Shown one piece after another: positions 37,975 to 47,151 of a stretch of DNA of 64,000 nucleotides. The position numbers and the translations under genes are program-made. The notes beneath the pieces are model-generated. The model worked only from the letters and a program-made list of their open reading frames with translations, was not told the origin of the DNA and made no database searches. The DNA is from an uncultured Actinomycetes bacterium (GTDB lineage Bacteria > Actinomycetota > Thermoleophilia > Gaiellales > Gaiellaceae): assembly GCA_963785895.1 (NCBI GenBank), contig CAWAXB010000006.1, positions 24,062-88,061 on the forward strand. The letters run 5' to 3'. Each line of letters starts with the position of its first letter. Within the stretch, counting starts at the first letter, position 1.

Positions 37975-38604
37975 GTGCTCACCGCCCGTCAACAGGAGAT
38001 CTGGAACTTTCTCGTCGAGTACGTCGACCGGCACGGCTATCCGCCGACCGTGCGCGAGATCGGGGAGCAGGTCGGGCTTGCGTCGCCCTCCACGGTGCAC
38101 GCGCACCTTGCGAACCTCGAACGGGCGGGCCTGCTGCGCCGCGATCCGACAAAGCCACGCGCCCTCGAGCTGATCGGTCGCGAACGCCGTGAAGCCCTGC
38201 CGGCCGAGCAGCACGAGCAGGTCGACGTCGCACGCCTTCCACTTGTCGGTGAGATCGCCGCCGGCGGCCCGCTGCTCGCCGAGCAGAACATCGAGGACTA
38301 CCTGCCGATGCCGGCGTCCACCAAGGGCGATTTTCTCGTCCGCGTCAAGGGCGAGTCGATGATCGATGCGGGCATCCTCGACGGAGACCTCGTGATCGTG
38401 CAGCGTGCGCAGACCGCTCGGGACGGCGAGATCGTCGTCGCGCTTGCCGGCGACGACGAGTCCGCCGACGAGGCGACGGTCAAGACCTTCTACCGCGAGC
38501 GTGACCGCATCCGGCTGCAGCCCGAGAACTCGACGATGGAGCCGATCTATGCGGAGCACGTCCAGATCCTCGGGCGCGTCGTAGGAGTCTTCCGGGAGCT
38601 CTAG
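37975..38604 (+). CDS. lexA: LexA repressor
   Basis: LTARQQEIWNFLVEYVDRHGYPPTVREIGEQVGLASPSTVHAHLANLERAGLL, cleavage site VGEIAAGGP, and S...K peptidase motifs (KGESMIDAGI...VKTF). Confidence 0.93.
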   Translation: MLTARQQEIWNFLVEYVDRHGYPPTVREIGEQVGLASPSTVHAHLANLERAGLLRRDPTKPRALELIGRERREALPAEQHEQVDVARLPLVGEIAAGGPLLAEQNIEDYLPMPASTKGDFLVRVKGESMIDAGILDGDLVIVQRAQTARDGEIVVALAGDDESADEATVKTFYRERDRIRLQPENSTMEPIYAEHVQILGRVVGVFREL

Positions 38605-38606
38605 TG

Positions 38607-38792
38607 ATGGCCTCCGTCGCGTCGCTCCACCGCACGCTCGACCAGGAGCTCGTCGCGCTGCTGCGCGGCGCATCGCTCGAATGCCTCGTCTGCGGCGAGT
38701 TCGTGATGCACGCGCGCGGCGGCTCGGTGTTCTGTCCGGAGTGCTGCAGCCAGCTCGCCGACGAGAACGCGCTCGAATCCGGGCTAGAATCG

Positions 38793-38810
<18 letters not shown>
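38607..38810 (+). CDS. small CxxC...CxxC zinc-ribbon protein immediately downstream of lexA
   Basis: MASVASLHRTLDQELVALLRGASLECLVCGEFVMHARGGSVFCPECCSQLADE, high GC3. It starts 3 nt after the lexA stop. The last 18 nt overlap the rnpB 5' end. Confidence 0.5.
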
Positions 38811-39125
<315 letters not shown>

Positions 39126-39128
39126 ACG

Positions 39129-39156
39129 GAGAAAGCCCTGGAAACGGGGCTTTCTC
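39129..39156 (+). terminator. 10-bp hairpin directly after rnpB (no U-tract)
   Basis: GAGAAAGCCC-(8-nt loop)-GGGCTTTCTC. Confidence 0.4.
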
Positions 39157-39241
39157 TATGGCTACCTCCGGTCGTCCCTTCCTTGCGCATCGAGAACCTG
39201 CGCAGGGCCGCTCGGATCGAGCGCCGGGCGAAGGCGGTACC

Positions 39242-39619
39242 GTGTGCCCCTTGCTCGTCGCGACAGCCGCCACTTTCACTACGGCACACATCGCCGCGAC
39301 GGCAGCCATCGCGGGTGCCGCTGCTCTCGTCGCGGGCCTGCTGGTGCTCGGACGCCGGCGCGGGCTGGCTGAGAGCATCGCGATTGCCGTCCTCGCTGCG
39401 GGGGCTGTCTTTCTCTGGCGTAAGTCGGCGAACATGCCGCAGCTCAACAACGACGGCCTTTCGCCGCTCTCGGCGAATGACTGGCTCGCGCCAGCACTCA
39501 CCTACGTCGTGCTGGGCATGTACGCAAGCGTGCGCCGCCCCGGGAACGAACGCCGATTCGCACAGGCGCGCGCGCTCGCTGTCCTCGCCGCATTTGTGGT
39601 CAACGTCGTGACGATCTGA
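39242..39619 (+). CDS. hypothetical membrane protein (3-4 TM)
   Basis: GTG at 39242 is preceded by GAAGG. VCPLLVATAATFTTAHIAATAAIAGAAALVAGLLVLG... An alternative ATG at 39158 lacks an SD. Confidence 0.5.
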   Translation: MCPLLVATAATFTTAHIAATAAIAGAAALVAGLLVLGRRRGLAESIAIAVLAAGAVFLWRKSANMPQLNNDGLSPLSANDWLAPALTYVVLGMYASVRRPGNERRFAQARALAVLAAFVVNVVTI

Positions 39620-40023
39620 TGCCCGTGATAGCGGCGATAGCCGGATCGGCCGTGCTGGCTCTAGGTGCCGCCTCGACCGTGCCGCCACCGCCTGCCCCGG
39701 GAGCGTGGCACCAGCTCGGCGCGGCCGTGACGTCACGGCCCGGGAAAGGCCTGCACTTCTTCCGAACGGCCTTGAGCCCACAGGGGCTCGGAATTGTCGT
39801 CACGTCATCATCGAAACGGCCGATCCGCGGTGCCTGGTCCAGCTGGTGCGAGATCGCCGACGACGACGGCCCCGTGGAGCAGATGCAGGGCTCGCTCACA
39901 GGCGTGAGGACGGTGATCGCGTATCCACACGTCCTCTCGGGCGCAACGCGCTGCTACGTCTCGGTCTACACAAGGGCACCGGGTCCCGTTGCCAAAACAG
40001 CGGCTGCGGAGTTCGCGTACTAG
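39619..40023 (+). CDS. hypothetical secreted protein
   Basis: The ATG overlaps the upstream stop (TGATG). Signal-like MPVIAAIAGSAVLALGAAS. Confidence 0.45.
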   Translation: MPVIAAIAGSAVLALGAASTVPPPPAPGAWHQLGAAVTSRPGKGLHFFRTALSPQGLGIVVTSSSKRPIRGAWSSWCEIADDDGPVEQMQGSLTGVRTVIAYPHVLSGATRCYVSVYTRAPGPVAKTAAAEFAY

Positions 40024-40034
40024 ATGAGACCGAC

Positions 40035-41036
40035 GTGAGGGCCTTCGTGGTGGTTCTGGCTTCGGCGCTCGCTTCGGCGCTGGCCGTGAGTGGATCGGTG
40101 CCGGCAGCAACTGTTGCCCGCGCCTTGCCGCTTCGGACGGTCGCACGCGTTTCGCTTTCGGGGCCTGGCGTTCGCTTCGACTACACGAGCCTCGATCCAG
40201 GCACCAATGAGCTGTGGATCTCGCACATGAACGCGAGCCAGCTGCTTGCCTTCAACGTCCGCACGCGGAAAATCGTCAAGACGATCCCTGCCCCCGGTGT
40301 CCACGGCGTCATCGCAGTCCCGACGCTGGGTCGGGTCTTCGCGTCGGCAACCGACGCACGCGAGGTCATGACGATCAACGCAAAGACGGGGGCGGTCTTG
40401 GCGCGGGCTCCCGCAGGTGCCTATCCCGATGGGCTTGCCTACGATCCCGTCGAGCGCCACGTCTTCGTCTCCGACGAGACCGGCGGAGTCGAGACCGTGA
40501 TCAACGCCCGCGGAGGTCGGATCGCGACGATCTCGCTCGGCGGCGAGGCTGGCAACGTCCAGTACGACGCCGGCTCGGGCCGCGTCCTCGTCGATGTCCA
40601 GACGCGCGGTGACATCGCGATCATCGACCCACGATCGAACAAGATCATCCGTCGTCTGCCACTCCAGGGTTGCGCGAGCCCGCACGGGCTGCTCGTCGAC
40701 GCGGCGCGGCGGCTCGCGTTCATCGCCTGCGACGCCAACGCCAGGCTTCTCACCCTCGACCTCCGCAGCATGCGCGTCACCGGCAACGCGAGCGTCGGAG
40801 ACACCCCCGATGTGCTCGCCTTCGACGCCTCGCTCCACCGCCTGTACGTCTCGGCCGAGAGCGGCGTCGTCACTGTCTTTGCCGAGCACCCACACGGCCT
40901 CACGAAGCTCGGGCAGGCATTTCTCGCGACCGAAGCGCACACGGTTGCGGTCGACCCACGCACCCATCTCGTCTACTTCCCCCTCGAGAGCGGGTCGAAC
41001 GGCAAGCCTCAGCTGCTGATCATGGCGCCCGCCTAG
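40035..41036 (+). CDS. secreted YncE/YVTN-like beta-propeller repeat protein
   Basis: Signal peptide, then repeated units ending in hydrophobic-x-D/N (GVHGVIAVP, PDGLAYDP, GNVQYDA, PHGLLVD, PDVLAFD, AHTVAVDP). Confidence 0.6.
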   Translation: MRAFVVVLASALASALAVSGSVPAATVARALPLRTVARVSLSGPGVRFDYTSLDPGTNELWISHMNASQLLAFNVRTRKIVKTIPAPGVHGVIAVPTLGRVFASATDAREVMTINAKTGAVLARAPAGAYPDGLAYDPVERHVFVSDETGGVETVINARGGRIATISLGGEAGNVQYDAGSGRVLVDVQTRGDIAIIDPRSNKIIRRLPLQGCASPHGLLVDAARRLAFIACDANARLLTLDLRSMRVTGNASVGDTPDVLAFDASLHRLYVSAESGVVTVFAEHPHGLTKLGQAFLATEAHTVAVDPRTHLVYFPLESGSNGKPQLLIMAPA

Positions 41037-41110
41037 GCCCCCGCCGCGTCAGTCGCCGTCTACGAGACCGCGTTGCGCCGCAGCGCGGGGCTGGGGTCGG
41101 GCCGGCGGCG

Positions 41111-41560
41111 TCAGGTCGTAGCGCAGTCGCGGCAGGCGCCGCGGAGCAGCACGTCATGGCCGGCGACCGAGTAGCCGGTGCGCCCTTCGACCTTGTGGAG
41201 CACCCGCTCCAGCTCGGCGTCGGCGAACGCCTCGACCTTGCCGCAGTCAGCGCAGACCAGGTGGTGGTGATGGACACCGTCCGGATGAATCGGCTCGAAG
41301 CGCGAGGTCCCTGCGCCGATGTCGATCCGCTGCACGAACCCGTCCGTCGTCAGCTGATCGAGTGCCCGGTAGACGCTGGCGACGCCGACACGGCGGCCTT
41401 CGGCACGAAGCTGATCGAAGATCTCCTGCGCGGTCAGGCAACAGCGCTGCCGGCCGAGCAGCTCGACGACCGCGCGCCGCGCACCGCCGTTCCGGCGCCC
41501 CTGCGAGCGCAACGCCGCAATCGTCGCCTCAGCCCACGAGCCGGGGGCCGTGTCCTCCAT
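41111..41560 (-). CDS. Fur-family metalloregulator
   Basis: RRAVVELLGRQRCCLTAQEIFDQL...VGVASVYRALDQL...HHHHLVCADCGKV...CRDC. Confidence 0.85.
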   Translation of the reverse strand: MEDTAPGSWAEATIAALRSQGRRNGGARRAVVELLGRQRCCLTAQEIFDQLRAEGRRVGVASVYRALDQLTTDGFVQRIDIGAGTSRFEPIHPDGVHHHHLVCADCGKVEAFADAELERVLHKVEGRTGYSVAGHDVLLRGACRDCATT

Positions 41561-41654
41561 CGCTTAATGATAGCCCGTCGCGTTTTCGCGGTTCGCCACG
41601 CTCGAGTGTTTTACCTCGTGTATAACATGAGAAATCGATGAGAAAGGCGGCCGA

Positions 41655-41963
41655 ATGACCTATGTGATCGGGGAGTCGTGCATCGACGTAAAGGATCGCT
41701 CCTGCGTCGACGTCTGTCCCGTCGATTGCATCCACGAGGTGGGACGGATGCTCGTGATCGACCCGGAAGAGTGCATCGACTGCGGCGCGTGCGAGCCCGA
41801 ATGCCCGGTGGAGGCGATCTTTCCCGAGGATGCACTGCCCCAGAACTGGGAGCCGTTCGTGGCGATCAACGCCACGTTCAACGAAGGCGTCGCGGCGGTC
41901 GACACCGTCGTCGACGCATACCTCGAGACTCACGACCTGCCGCCGATCGAAGGATTTCGCTGA
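41655..41963 (+). CDS. fdxA: 7Fe ferredoxin (3Fe-4S + 4Fe-4S)
   Basis: MTYVIGESCIDVKDRSCVDVCPVDCIH...CIDCGACEPECPVEAIF. Confidence 0.9.
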   Translation: MTYVIGESCIDVKDRSCVDVCPVDCIHEVGRMLVIDPEECIDCGACEPECPVEAIFPEDALPQNWEPFVAINATFNEGVAAVDTVVDAYLETHDLPPIEGFR

Positions 41964-42187
41964 AAGGCGACACCCGCGTCGGCGACCCGGCGGAGGCCGT
42001 CGAGCAGCTCGGGCTCTTGCTCGACCGCGCTGTTCGCGCTCTCGGCGACGCGGGCGAGCCCGACGCCGCCTCACGGATCGCCGCTGAAGCATGGTGGATC
42101 GTCCGCGAGCCGTCGCCCCGCTGCGCGCGGCGGCTGAACGCGGCGCTCCACTACCTGGCTTTGAGCATGCCGACAACCAACGAATGA
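41960..42187 (+). CDS. possible small helical protein between fdxA and DUF2249 (start codon unclear)
   Basis: The open frame overlaps the fdxA stop and ends in an ATGA overlap with the next gene. Only a CTG is available at the 5' end. Confidence 0.25.
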   Translation: MKGDTRVGDPAEAVEQLGLLLDRAVRALGDAGEPDAASRIAAEAWWIVREPSPRCARRLNAALHYLALSMPTTNE

Positions 42188-42444
42188 AGGGACACACCAT
42201 GACCGCAACAGCTGACTCGATTCTCGACGTGCGGAGCGAGCCACCGGCCCGCCGGCACGAGTTGATCTTCGACACCTATCGCGCACTGCCCGAGGGCGCC
42301 GCTTTCGTGCTCGTCAACGACCACGATCCGAAGCCGCTCTGGTACCAGTTCGAGGCCGAGTTCAAGGGCGCGTTCTCGTGGGACTACCTCGAGCAGGGTC
42401 CCACCGACTGGCGCGTCCGCATCGGCCGTCCGGCTGCGAGCTAA
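42184..42444 (+). CDS. DUF2249 domain protein
   Basis: LDVRSEPPARRHELIFDTYRALPEGAAFVLVNDHDPKPLWYQFEAEFKGAFSWDYLEQGPTDWRVRIGR. Confidence 0.8.
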   Translation: MKGHTMTATADSILDVRSEPPARRHELIFDTYRALPEGAAFVLVNDHDPKPLWYQFEAEFKGAFSWDYLEQGPTDWRVRIGRPAAS

Positions 42445-42460
42445 CTCTAAGAGAGAGCCT

Positions 42461-43153
42461 CTAAGCGCGCGCGAGATGAGCGACGCAGAGCTCGGGCCGG
42501 ACGAACGGCTCGAGCTTCGTCGCCGTCGTCTGCGCGCCGAGCTCCGAAAGCGCTCCACGCATCAGGCCCAGATGGATCGGACAGACGACCTCCTCGTGCC
42601 GGCGGGCCAGCTCGAGAAAGGGGCACGGCTGCATCAGGATCCGTTTGGAGCGCCCCGCCCGCTCGAGCTCCGGCTGGAAGCCGATCTCGGCCAGCAGCGA
42701 GACGAGCCGAGTCACCGCCTCCTCCTCTGACGGTTCGGCGAACGGCGGCGGTGACTCGACGAGGTGACGGCCCCAGGCGGCTCCGATCTCCTCGAGATGC
42801 GCGGTCGCATCCTGGCCGCCGAAGCGGGCAACGAGCGCTGTCAGCATCTCTGCGAGCAGCCGGTATCGACGTCCGCCGTCGTCCGGCGCGGTGACGGTCA
42901 TCTTGTACGTGAGGCGCGGCCGGCCCCGGCCCCGCGGCGGCGCTGTCTCCGCTTCGACCAGCCCGGCGTCGATCAGTGCGGTGAGGTGTACGCGCACCGT
43001 GTTGACGTGGAGGCCGACGCGCTGCGCAAGCTCGCGCGTGTCGAGCGGCCCATCGTCGGCAAGCTCGGCGAGAATCTGTGCCCTGCTCGGCTCGGCGAGC
43101 GCGCGGTGGCGACGCCGCGCCAGCTCCTGCTCGTTGCCTTCCCGCATAGCCAT
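42461..43153 (-). CDS. ArsR-type HTH regulator with Cys-containing C-terminal domain
   Basis: LAEPSRAQILAELADDGPLDTRELAQRVGLHVNTVRVHLTALIDAGLV, and C-terminal CPFLELARRHEEVVCPIHLGL. Confidence 0.75.
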   Translation of the reverse strand: MAMREGNEQELARRRHRALAEPSRAQILAELADDGPLDTRELAQRVGLHVNTVRVHLTALIDAGLVEAETAPPRGRGRPRLTYKMTVTAPDDGGRRYRLLAEMLTALVARFGGQDATAHLEEIGAAWGRHLVESPPPFAEPSEEEAVTRLVSLLAEIGFQPELERAGRSKRILMQPCPFLELARRHEEVVCPIHLGLMRGALSELGAQTTATKLEPFVRPELCVAHLARA

Positions 43154-43157
43154 GAGA

Positions 43158-43481
43158 TTAGTTGTACGCCCCGAGCAAGAATTTTGCGCCGTCCGTCATG
43201 CGCTCGTGCGACCACGGCGGGTCGAAGACCAACTCCGCCTCGACGTCGTCAACACCGGGCACGGTGCTGGCGGCTCTCACGATGTCACGCTCGATCATCG
43301 GGCCGATCGGGCACCCCATCGACGTCAGCGAATAGACGATCCGGGCATGGCCATCGTCACACGCGATCTCGTAGACGAGGCCGAGCGACACGATGTCGAG
43401 ACCGAGCTCGGGATCCTCGACCGTCATCAGCGCGCTCCGGATCGCGTCGACCGGCCGGTCAGGCGACACGGCCTTGCCCAT
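43158..43481 (-). CDS. DUF59 / SufT-like metal-sulfur cluster assembly factor
   Basis: VEDPELGLDIVSLGLVY...SLTSMGCPIGPMI...VFDPPWSHERMT. Confidence 0.8.
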   Translation of the reverse strand: MGKAVSPDRPVDAIRSALMTVEDPELGLDIVSLGLVYEIACDDGHARIVYSLTSMGCPIGPMIERDIVRAASTVPGVDDVEAELVFDPPWSHERMTDGAKFLLGAYN

Positions 43482-43523
43482 CTTCGGGGAACAAAAACAC
43501 GATGTCAATAGTATAAAAGAGTC

Positions 43524-44618
43524 GTGCCCCGTCCGGCAATCGAGATCGTTGCTCGTGTGCGCTTTCCGGTGCTTGCGCTGGGGCTCGCCTCGCTCGTGCT
43601 GGGCGTGTGGGGCGGGCTGATCCGATTCGGGTGGAGCATCCCGGAAGGCCGCGCGAACCTTGTCGAACTGCACGGGCCACTGATGGTGTTCGGCTTCCTC
43701 GGGACGGTCATCTCGCTCGAGCGCGCGGTGGCATTGCGGCGGCCGTGGGGCTACCTCGCACCGGTCGGGACGCTCGCGGGCACGTGCGTGCTGCTTGCCG
43801 GCGGACGGCAGGGGGTGGGCGAGCTGTTGCTGCTCCTGGCCGGCTGCGTCCTGGCGGGCCTGTTCGCGCTGATCCTGCACGCGCACGCGACGGCGCCGGT
43901 CGCCACGCTCTTCCTCGGTGCGTTGTTCTGGGTCGGCGGCTGCGCGCTCTGGCTCGGCGGCCTTCCGCTGGTGAAGGTCGTGCCGTGGTGGGCCGGCTTC
44001 CTGATCCTGACGATCGTCGGCGAGCGGCTGGAGCTCGCCGCGCTCGGCCGGTTAACCCGTGCCGGCCGCGTCATCTTCGCCGTCCTCACCGTTGCGCTCG
44101 TGTGCGGCCTCGTGCTCGATGCGTTCACGGCAGGCCCCGGTATCCGACTCGCCGGGGCGGCGCTCGTGGGGTACGCGCTCTGGCTCGCGCGTTTCGACAT
44201 CGCACGCCGGACGCTCCATCGCGCAGGGCTGCCCCGGTTCGTCGCGCTCTCGCTGCTGCCCGGCTATCTCTGGCTTGCGATCGGCGGAGCGCTGTGGCTG
44301 CGCTATGGCGCGGCCCTGGCCGGTCCGAGCCACGACGCCGAGTTGCACGCGATCTTCGTGGGCTTCGTCTTCTCGATGATCTTCGGCCACGCGCCCGTGA
44401 TCTTCCCCGGTGTGCTCGGAGTGGCGATCCCGTTTCGCAAGGTCTTCTACGGCCACCTGACGTTGCTGCACGTGGGATTGACGCTACGTGTTGCCGGTGA
44501 TCTGACCGGCGAGTTCCGGCTCGCGCAACGAGGCGCCCTCGTAATCGCGATCGCGATCGGGGTATTTCTCTTCGCAACTCCCGGTTCGGCTGGGTTGCGC
44601 CGGGTCGCCGGTCGGTGA
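43524..44618 (+). CDS. polytopic membrane protein (about 10-12 TM, conserved His; NnrS-like is only a guess)
   Basis: Intact 364-aa ORF: ELHGPLMVFGFLGTVISLERAVA, HAIFVGFVFSMIFGHAPVIFP. An AT-rich promoter-like stretch lies at 43482-43523. Confidence 0.55.
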   Translation: MPRPAIEIVARVRFPVLALGLASLVLGVWGGLIRFGWSIPEGRANLVELHGPLMVFGFLGTVISLERAVALRRPWGYLAPVGTLAGTCVLLAGGRQGVGELLLLLAGCVLAGLFALILHAHATAPVATLFLGALFWVGGCALWLGGLPLVKVVPWWAGFLILTIVGERLELAALGRLTRAGRVIFAVLTVALVCGLVLDAFTAGPGIRLAGAALVGYALWLARFDIARRTLHRAGLPRFVALSLLPGYLWLAIGGALWLRYGAALAGPSHDAELHAIFVGFVFSMIFGHAPVIFPGVLGVAIPFRKVFYGHLTLLHVGLTLRVAGDLTGEFRLAQRGALVIAIAIGVFLFATPGSAGLRRVAGR

Positions 44619-44698
44619 TCGGACGCCGTCCGCACCTGGTAGGAGACTGATCTCGCATCTCCAGGTTCATTTCGTCCCGCGCCACGAAAGGGGATCAG

Positions 44699-45094
44699 AT
44701 GAAGGACTTCAAGGAATTTCTGCTGCGTGGCAATCTCGTGGACATGGCCGTCGGCATCGTCGTCGGCCTCGCGTTCGCAGCCGTCGTCACCGCGCTCGTC
44801 GGTGACCTGATCACGCCGTTGATCGCGGCGATCGGCGGGCAGCGCGACTTCTCCGGCCTGTCGTTCACGATCAACAACAGCCACTTCCTCTATGGCGCGT
44901 TCATCAACTCGGCGATCACGTTCGTCGTGATCGCGGCTGTCATCTTCTTCCTGGTCATCAAGCCCGTGAACGCGCTGATGGCGCGGCGGAAGACCCAGGC
45001 GCCGGTGGACGAGACGATCAAGGACTGCCCGTACTGCCTGAGCCAGATCCCCGCCGCAGCGAGTCGCTGCGCGTTCTGCACCCAGCCGGTTTAG
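44699..45094 (+). CDS. mscL: large-conductance mechanosensitive channel MscL with C-terminal CxxC...CxxC zinc-ribbon
   Basis: MKDFKEFLLRGNLVDMAVGIVVGLAFAAVVTALVGDLITPLI..., and C-terminus KDCPYCLSQIPAAASRCAFCTQPV. Confidence 0.88.
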   Translation: MKDFKEFLLRGNLVDMAVGIVVGLAFAAVVTALVGDLITPLIAAIGGQRDFSGLSFTINNSHFLYGAFINSAITFVVIAAVIFFLVIKPVNALMARRKTQAPVDETIKDCPYCLSQIPAAASRCAFCTQPV

Positions 45095-45104
45095 GAGCTC
45101 GTTC

Positions 45105-45737
45105 GTGAAAGCTATGTCGCTCTACCAGCAGCTCGCGCGGCTGGGCTCGGCGACGGTGTACGAAGCCGCCGGGCAGCAAGGGTTGGTCGACATTCCGCTG
45201 CACCAGATCGTCGCAGGCTCGCGGGTTGCGGGTCCGGCGCGTCCGGTGCTCTGCGGCCAGGGCGACAACCTGATGGTCCACGCGGCCATGGCCGCAGTCA
45301 CGCCGGGCGACGTGCTGGTGCTGACGATGCCCGATCCGGGGTCGGTCGCGCTCGTCGGCGATCTCCTTGCCACGCAAGCACTGGCGCACGGCGTCGCCGC
45401 GCTCCTCGTCGACGGCGCCGTGCGAGACATCGAGGAGCTGGCGGAGCTGGGGCTGCCGATCTGGGCGCGCGTCGTCTCGATCCGCGGTGCGACGAAGGTG
45501 ACACCGGGGACGATTGACGAACCGGTGACCGTCGGCGGGCAGCGGATCGAGAAAGGCGACGCGGTCGTGCTCGACGCGGACGGCGCCGCGGTCGTGCCAC
45601 GAGCGCGGTTCGACGACGTCCTCGCTGCGGCGCTTGCTCGTGAGGAGAGCGAGCAGGGGAAGCGGGAGCTGTTACGCAACGGAGAGCTGACGTACGACCT
45701 GCTCGGGTTACGCGAACGTGTGGAAGGGGCTGGGTGA
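45105..45737 (+). CDS. RraA-family protein (RNase E regulator / HMG-CHA aldolase family)
   Basis: SATVYEAAG...GDNLMVHAA...GDVLVL...GDLLATQALAHGVAALLVDGAVRD. Confidence 0.75.
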   Translation: MKAMSLYQQLARLGSATVYEAAGQQGLVDIPLHQIVAGSRVAGPARPVLCGQGDNLMVHAAMAAVTPGDVLVLTMPDPGSVALVGDLLATQALAHGVAALLVDGAVRDIEELAELGLPIWARVVSIRGATKVTPGTIDEPVTVGGQRIEKGDAVVLDADGAAVVPRARFDDVLAAALAREESEQGKRELLRNGELTYDLLGLRERVEGAG

Positions 45738-45742
45738 GCGGC

Positions 45743-47119
45743 TCAGGACGGCCGTAGGACGACCTCGAGCGCCGTGCCGCCGCCCGGAGCCGAGTCGAGC
45801 GAGAAGACGCCGCCGATCGACAGCGCCCGGTCGCGCATGTTGCCCAGCCCCTGGCCCGTCGAACCTCGATCGGGTTGGAAGCCGGCTCCGTCGTCGCGGA
45901 GGCGAACGAAACGCGTCCCGACTCGCTCGCCGATCTCCACCCAGGCGCGCCGCGCCCCTGCATGCTTGCGCGCGTTCGAGAGGCCCTCCTGGACGATCTT
46001 GAACAGCTCGATCTGCTCGTCGGGCCCGAGCTCCACCTCCGGGTCGATCGACAGCTCGACGTCGAGCGCGCCGTCGGCGGTGAGCAGCTCGACGTAGCGG
46101 CGGAGCGCCGAGTCGAACGGTGCGCGCCCGGATGCCGAAGACAACGCGAGGATCGCGTACCGCGCCTCCTGCTGCGCGGCGAGCGCCGCTTCCTTCAGCT
46201 TGGGCAACGTCTCGCCCGGATCGGCCCCCGCCTCGAGCATCGAGGCGTGTGTCGACACCGCGAAGAGATACTGCGCGAGCCCGTCGTGAATCTCGCGGGC
46301 TACGCGAGCCCGCTCTTCCGCCACGGCGCGGCGAGTCTCCGACTCACGGATCGCACGCCATACGCCTACGAGCAGCACGCCGTACGACAGCAGGCGGAGG
46401 AAGTCACCCTCGGAGACGTCGCCGGCACGTACGAGCGGCGTGAAGATGAAGTGGAGAGACGAGAAGAGCATCAGCGTCGCTCCGAAGGCGAGCCAGTAGT
46501 CGAGATCCTCGCCGTGTTCGCGAAAGCGACTGCCGAAACCGATCGCCGCGAGCAGCGACAGCAACGCAGCGATCGCGAGCGTCCCGGTCAGGGTGAGCGG
46601 CGCCGACGTGTGTGTCGCGCCGTCGAGGGTCGGCAGTCTGCCGCCGAGCGAGGTCGAAAGGCCCCACGCAAGGATCAGGCCGCCGACCCCAAGCGCAAAC
46701 GCGCTTCCGAGTGCGAACCGCGGCCGCTCGACGCGACCGCGGACGAACGGCGAGGCGGAGATCAGGCCCCAGCCCAGGAGCTGCCCGACGAGCGCGGCCC
46801 ACAGATCGGTGCGCCGGGCCGGGGCCCGCACCAGCTCCGGGACGATCGAGAACGCAAACCACGAGAGCGCCAGCACGAAGAAGCCCGAGCAGAGAACGAG
46901 GTCGAACCGGCGCCCTTCGACGCCGAAGCGCGTGGCGCACAGCACGGTCACGGCTGCGGCGGCAAGCATCGAGACCGTCGCCAGCACGAGCTTCAGCTCG
47001 GGCAGGTGATAGGGCGTACGCAGGGAGTGATAGGTCAGGAACAACGCCAGCGAGGCGCCGAGCAACCCGAAGAGCAGCAGCTGCCCCCAGAGGAACTTCT
47101 CGTAACGATCATGGTGCAT
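45743..47119 (-). CDS. sensor histidine kinase (HisKA_3 type) with polytopic N-terminal domain
   Basis: H-box RVAREIHDGLAQYLF and ATPase part QEGLSNARKHAGA...DDGAGF...GQGLGNMRDRA. An alternative TTG start lies at 47137. Confidence 0.85.
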   Translation of the reverse strand: MHHDRYEKFLWGQLLLFGLLGASLALFLTYHSLRTPYHLPELKLVLATVSMLAAAAVTVLCATRFGVEGRRFDLVLCSGFFVLALSWFAFSIVPELVRAPARRTDLWAALVGQLLGWGLISASPFVRGRVERPRFALGSAFALGVGGLILAWGLSTSLGGRLPTLDGATHTSAPLTLTGTLAIAALLSLLAAIGFGSRFREHGEDLDYWLAFGATLMLFSSLHFIFTPLVRAGDVSEGDFLRLLSYGVLLVGVWRAIRESETRRAVAEERARVAREIHDGLAQYLFAVSTHASMLEAGADPGETLPKLKEAALAAQQEARYAILALSSASGRAPFDSALRRYVELLTADGALDVELSIDPEVELGPDEQIELFKIVQEGLSNARKHAGARRAWVEIGERVGTRFVRLRDDGAGFQPDRGSTGQGLGNMRDRALSIGGVFSLDSAPGGGTALEVVLRPS

Positions 47120-47151
47120 CGCTGTTCGTATCGGCAAGATCCACTCAGCCC

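Noticed and set aside
37856-38000. Genomic island integrated at tRNA-Leu (and likewise at tRNA-Sec, 27400-27700)
   Set aside because: No integrase, no direct repeat of the tRNA 3' end and no composition change were seen. The flanking genes (lexA, selB, EamA) are ordinary chromosomal genes.
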